From assembly GCA_963771075.1 (NCBI GenBank), contig CAVYSE010000028.1:32001-96000 (forward strand): a stretch of DNA of 64,000 nt. The letters are read 5' to 3'. Numbering within the stretch: position 1 is the stretch's first letter; each line of letters starts with the position of its first letter. Under the pieces are notes generated by a model. It was given only the letters and a program-made list of their open reading frames with translations, had not been told where the DNA came from and did no database searches. The position numbers were made by a program, and so were the translations under genes. This document shows, one piece after another, positions 60,601 to 64,000 of the stretch. The stretch is from a candidate division FCPU426 bacterium. Its GTDB lineage: Bacteria > Oederibacteriota > Muellerivitia > Muellerivitales > Muellerivitaceae.

Positions 60601-62628
60601 CTGCCACTGCAATGCATCCACGTCCGAAAGGGCAGTATTCAAAGTATAGGTAGTTCCACCGCTAGGGGTGTTGGTAGTCGGCGCGGGAATAATGGGAGGG
60701 CACATGGCAATAGTTGTGCCGGCGTAATTTCCCCAATTACCGCAAAGAATACTACTCCGAGGAACAATAACCTGCTGCCAGGTACCAGCCGCATTAGTCG
60801 CTGTAACAGGGAAATTGTAACCATACTGATCTCCATTTCCAGACCCGGTGATGTCAATATGCGGATTATGGAATACCAACCTCAGGGTTTCCGTTGTTCC
60901 TGCGGATTGGTTTGTCTTTACATAAAATGAAATTTGGGACATGTAATCAGGCGCTGTTAAATTCTGGTAGGAAGAGGTTTGGGAGGCTGGGCCCATTTCC
61001 GTGGCAAGGGCAAAACCCGCATAGACCACCGTCGTAGCGGTGCCCGTTCCCGGGGGAATGACCACACCGGTAACTGTCGCACCATTGGATCCATACCAGC
61101 CCGTTACCCGAGCGGCATAATAAGAGTTAGCGACCGATCCTTGACCAGAAGTTGTCCCATCCACGATATAAGAAGGTGGCGATACACCCCAGAGCGATGG
61201 AGTCACAACTTGAGTGTTGTTTACCGACGCATACCCGTAAGTGTACCAAAAACCGTCAGTGGAATTAAGCGGAGTGCCACTTTCAAGGTCTGAAAGCATA
61301 AAGCAAGTCTGAGGAACCGGGGTAAAGGTTGGCGTACAAGTAGGGGTGCCGCAGGGATTAACGCCACAAACGAAATCCTGGAAGTTATTAGATCCTATTA
61401 ATGCGCCCCAAAGACAAAGACTATCCTGAAAATATTGAAACCCAGTGCTTTCAAAACCATGCCCGGACCCGGGAAGAATCATATTCCATAAACTATCCAC
61501 GTTACCTTGATTCGCATCCACCATTTCAGCTACCAAAGCTCCCGGTACTTGGAGACCGGAAACGTTGGACCCTCCCGGTGCCCCAGAAGTAATATTCCAA
61601 GATTCTTCCACTTCATTTCCCATAGAAGTACCACCCGTAATAGCGGTGGCTATCGTACCTCCCATTTTCCCGACATAAGTTATAGCCGATGCGTTACCAT
61701 TCCACAGATAATCCAACCCAACACGAATAGGATAACGGGATGCGTCATACCCCATGCAACAAGTCGCCGCACTAGCATTGCTCCCATTGGCACTGGCCGT
61801 ATCTGGCATAAAACCAGTTGTATTAAATGAAGAAAAATAATTGTTATAGACCCAATTAATTACATTCGTCCAATTATGGGTACTAGCTTGACTGTCATGC
61901 GCCGCCCAACAACGATACCAAGCCGGTTCCATGTAACTGGAATAATAAGGTGTTTGATATGCATCCCCGGAATAAACGGCATAATCACTGGTATTGGCGA
62001 TTTCCGAGTTATAGATTCCATTAGCAATTAATTGGAAAGCATTTTTATAATTTACGGTTCCCGCCGAACCCCATTGGGCATCCGCCAAAAGTAATGCTTC
62101 AGCCATATCCTCATCAGCATCTGTCGCCGAGTTGTTATTACATCCCGAACCACCCGGGCAAGTCCAATTCATCAAGTTGTTGTTATCTTTAAAATTATTA
62201 TAGTAATTGTAAAGGCCGTTCATGAGAGTCTGATCGGCCATTTCAGCGGCAAATAACATCCCATAACCAATGCCTTCAGAAACCGTATCGTTGCCATTGG
62301 CGCTACCACGAGTAACCCGAAGACAACCAGAGCATGTACCGGTCGCGCTGACAACAGCGTTGGTATACCACGTGTTATACATTTGAGAAACAGCGGAATC
62401 CATGCCCGCTTGGGTTCCAGAATTGGTTAGGGAAGGGTTAACAAGAGCCGCACCCGCGTTATAAGCGACGTGATGAGGAAACAGATATTTCGGTGTTCCA
62501 GAATTAACAGCTTGGCCAAAAGCCGAACCCACTGTTAAAAGAATGGCGAAGGGAAAAAAGAGATTCAAAATGATTTTAGAAATAGGTTTCAACGTATTTT
62601 CTTTTCTAAAAATTGGAGTCGAGTGCAA
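57661..62628 (-). CDS. Secreted multidomain GH8 glycanase (GH8 + CBM-like + Thr-rich stalk + 2 repeats + T9SS-like CTD)
   Basis: GH8 motifs 'TVSEGIGYGM', 'SATDADED', 'YDASRYPIR'; CBM-like 'FWVDQVCI'; ~500 aa Thr-rich region; C-terminal 'VYPNP..LASGLYYVVV..GKLLVLR'. Exact start uncertain. Confidence 0.88.
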   Translation of the reverse strand: MHSTPIFRKENTLKPISKIILNLFFPFAILLTVGSAFGQAVNSGTPKYLFPHHVAYNAGAALVNPSLTNSGTQAGMDSAVSQMYNTWYTNAVVSATGTCSGCLRVTRGSANGNDTVSEGIGYGMLFAAEMADQTLMNGLYNYYNNFKDNNNLMNWTCPGGSGCNNNSATDADEDMAEALLLADAQWGSAGTVNYKNAFQLIANGIYNSEIANTSDYAVYSGDAYQTPYYSSYMEPAWYRCWAAHDSQASTHNWTNVINWVYNNYFSSFNTTGFMPDTASANGSNASAATCCMGYDASRYPIRVGLDYLWNGNASAITYVGKMGGTIATAITGGTSMGNEVEESWNITSGAPGGSNVSGLQVPGALVAEMVDANQGNVDSLWNMILPGSGHGFESTGFQYFQDSLCLWGALIGSNNFQDFVCGVNPCGTPTCTPTFTPVPQTCFMLSDLESGTPLNSTDGFWYTYGYASVNNTQVVTPSLWGVSPPSYIVDGTTSGQGSVANSYYAARVTGWYGSNGATVTGVVIPPGTGTATTVVYAGFALATEMGPASQTSSYQNLTAPDYMSQISFYVKTNQSAGTTETLRLVFHNPHIDITGSGNGDQYGYNFPVTATNAAGTWQQVIVPRSSILCGNWGNYAGTTIAMCPPIIPAPTTNTPSGGTTYTLNTALSDVDALQWQCENAATGPATFGFWVDQVCITYVNPTQTQTVIVVPTATPPATATFVNSATPGNTSTLTRTPTITATQTSGTTNTYTPTPTASRTTTSTITATVPNSPTFTSSQTNTASPSSTYTKTSTPTSTITPTGTSTATIQSTATNTLSPTSTLTVTMTRTSTTTNTATPTPTFTATNTSTSTSTTTATRTMTSTITGTPTATSPFTLTITLSPTLTSSPTSTFTTTATATRTSTGTSTFTATATATFTSTHTSTASFTGTSTFTSTSTRTLTPTNTSTNSVTGTPTQTGTSTATFPLSPTITLSPTVTLTPTITASFTPTNTLTSTVTSTSTYTHTHTSTATFTPTVTNTWTATSTSTATSTTTSTRTSTPTSTTTFTITETPTHTGTPTATFPFSPTITLSPTVTLSPTITYSFTSTTTQTNTGTYTFTFTSTRTATSTDTPTITNTPTQTSSLTPTHTTTITNTFTNTFTPTFTSTVTVTPTITNSPVFTYTKTFTTTTTPTWTSTATSTQTATSTATSGTVNVNTSSSNVNVLTGSSSVTAISGTLTTSPLSTVNLTNITITNTGSSSSNITGINVYVNGTLEGTSTGFTGNTDTISLSNYLVTSSPVNIQILVDFNGSSTGTYQFSITGLTGTSANNGGQQISVTGLPIGGNTVNCQQPTLSPTDTSTSTSTSTATITQTFTATSTQTATATPTSGSVNLTSTSITVNTLTGSTGVTAASATLNTSPLSDVNLTSLSITNSGANSANITSVDVYINGTQEGVATGFTGNTATISLNNYLVTTSPANLVVLVNYIGNSAGTYQFSITGLTGTSANNGGQLISVVGLPLNVNTVNCQQATSTPTNTFTYTFTNTPTFTPTGTFTTTVTATPTFTFTVTSTGTITPTFTQTPVPLKVPVVYPNPADGTSPVAIRPPVYTGNSVTVEIYTVAYRKVFNHTYGLNYGNDPKISLVDNWNNPLASGLYYVVVTTNSGRSIGKLLVLR
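58096..59058 (-). repeat. Intragenic duplication of a ~143-aa beta-rich domain
   Basis: 58630-59058 and 58096-58524 both encode 'SG.VN...TSPLS.VNLT...GTYQFSITGLTGTSANNGGQ.ISV.GLP...NTVNCQQ'. Confidence 0.9.
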
Positions 62629-62689
62629 AGATTACCTCAACAGCTCTTATAGGTAAACAAGCAATTTTTGTACCTTTAAAATGGAAAAA

Positions 62690-62703
62690 GTTTACCGATA
62701 AAC
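62690..62703. promoter_or_regulatory. Candidate LacI-type operator upstream of the GH8 gene
   Basis: GTTTAcCGaTAAAC palindrome with central CG. Confidence 0.4.
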
Positions 62704-62859
62704 AACATATTTACTAAGTTTTCACAATGTGAATAACCCACTAGACAAGCCTTTTTGTCAGGTTTTGGCCTAAAGCCGATTAGTTTTTTGACGAAGTGGG
62801 ATGAAATCAATCATTTTTTGAATTAAAGCTTTTTTACCAAAAAAACAACGTTTTTTAGA

Positions 62860-64000
62860 TTATTGGGGTAAAAAGCTCATAATTTTAATAGCTTGGGCAT
62901 TTGAGGGTGAATCTTTAAGTACCCGGGCCATGCAGTAACGCGCCCCTAACACCTGTTGATTATAAAAATACAACTGTCCTAAATTAAAGAAAAAATCGTA
63001 ATAACGGCCCCGGCTTTCTCGAATGGCTTCCAATAATAATGGTTCTCCGAACTCGGGATGACCACTTTGATCGGCAAAAACGCCCATCGCCGAAAGGCCG
63101 ACTGGATAGATAGTTGGCCGGCAAAAATCGTCAATGAAACATTCCAACGGACTAGGCGGGGATGCTTCCACGATTTTTCGTGCCTCGAGGGAAATGGTTT
63201 TGGATATATCCCTTTCGGAAAGCAGCCGTTCATAATCCAGGCTCGGTATTGGGTCGTTGTATCCCCTCCTCAAATAAATAGCGGTCGATTCATCCAAAAA
63301 TACCGGACGCCAATCCGCCCACTTACGCAGATCCAGTATCCATTGGTTCGCCAATGTCGTTTTAAACACAATGATATCGGGTTGGATTCGGTTTATTAAT
63401 CGGGTGACACCCCCTTCGTTCAGTGAATCAATATATTCGGAATACAATTCCGGCCCCATGAGTTCCAACCGGCCGTCAATAAAAGTCAACTGGGGCCCCT
63501 TCCAATCCAGCCACCCCCCCGCGAACATTTCATTGAGTATCTTTCCAGTCAAATGGTTATCCCTCATGAATTGGCACGCCCGCAAGGGAACTTCTTTTTC
63601 ATCCAAACCCCATCCGAAACGGTCGATCCGGCGGTCCGAAATATAATAGGCGTTCGTAACGGTCCGCAAACCAAGCCCTAAAAGAAAAAGTGCGAAGACC
63701 CAAGCAATCCACGCCTTGGACAAAAATAATTTTTCTAACTTTTGAACTACCTCCCCCTTCAAATCTTTCCAACTGGCGGCCGCCAATGGGCTGCAAGCGA
63801 GCATAAAGAGAGGAATATTCCTCATGGCGGTGGCCGACAAACCGAAAAGCGATACCGCCAAGGCCCAATCTTGTATTTTTCTTTGTCGAAAGGTTGCCAG
63901 GAAGAGAACCAATAGACAAAGGCTGAACAATTCATAGGCCATAAGATACAACGATGGAACGAATAGGAACCTACGGGCGAGAGTCCACGGAGGCTGGAAT
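62860..64000 (-). CDS. Multi-pass membrane protein with C-terminal TPR (GT-C-like); 5' end outside window
   Basis: Frame stays open to the window end (..FQPPWTLARRF..); TM segments, 'RNIPLF', 'GGWLDW..FIDGRLE', TPR-like 'FFNLGQLY'. Confidence 0.65.
   Translation of the reverse strand, partial: FQPPWTLARRFLFVPSLYLMAYELFSLCLLVLFLATFRQRKIQDWALAVSLFGLSATAMRNIPLFMLACSPLAAASWKDLKGEVVQKLEKLFLSKAWIAWVFALFLLGLGLRTVTNAYYISDRRIDRFGWGLDEKEVPLRACQFMRDNHLTGKILNEMFAGGWLDWKGPQLTFIDGRLELMGPELYSEYIDSLNEGGVTRLINRIQPDIIVFKTTLANQWILDLRKWADWRPVFLDESTAIYLRRGYNDPIPSLDYERLLSERDISKTISLEARKIVEASPPSPLECFIDDFCRPTIYPVGLSAMGVFADQSGHPEFGEPLLLEAIRESRGRYYDFFFNLGQLYFYNQQVLGARYCMARVLKDSPSNAQAIKIMSFLPQ

Noticed and set aside
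1..64000. Prophage, defence island, tRNA/rRNA, intact transposase
   Set aside because: No ORF or intergenic sequence with such signatures was recognised.

Overview
A 64 kb chromosomal window from a diderm (outer-membrane) bacterium. It is fairly GC-rich and becomes AT-richer toward the right end. No rRNA, tRNA, CRISPR array or intact transposase was seen. From left to right: (1) a lepA-lepB-hemW-hrcA-grpE block. (2) A six-gene minus-strand operon (5.7-15.9 kb) with three paralogous SLH-like/coiled-coil/large beta-barrel outer-membrane proteins bracketed by three paralogous carbohydrate-binding-like lipoproteins. This is the best candidate for an undescribed system: a TonB/SusCD-free glycan capture and uptake machine, possibly a heterotrimeric porin. 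(3) Directly upstream of it, a 1433-aa ORF that fuses a complete RlmD rRNA methyltransferase, via a linker and one TM helix, to a roughly 620-aa glycoside-hydrolase-like extracytoplasmic region. (4) Another OM barrel, a membrane-anchored CBM-like protein and a LacI repressor with candidate operators. (5) Assorted housekeeping genes: hsp20, suhB, DUF62, PilZ, ferredoxin, sfsA, ppk2, a frameshifted dinB and two pilT genes. (6) A YceI-porin-SRPBCC cassette preceded by a CRP-type box. (7) A Rieske/cyt b6/subunit IV/octaheme cyt c complex followed by heme-A/Cu oxidase assembly genes but no oxidase catalytic subunits. (8) A giant secreted GH8 glycanase with a Thr-rich stalk and a T9SS-like C-terminal domain. 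Several MITE/REP-like repeat families fill the intergenic spaces. All functional calls come from reading motifs by eye; no database searches were run.
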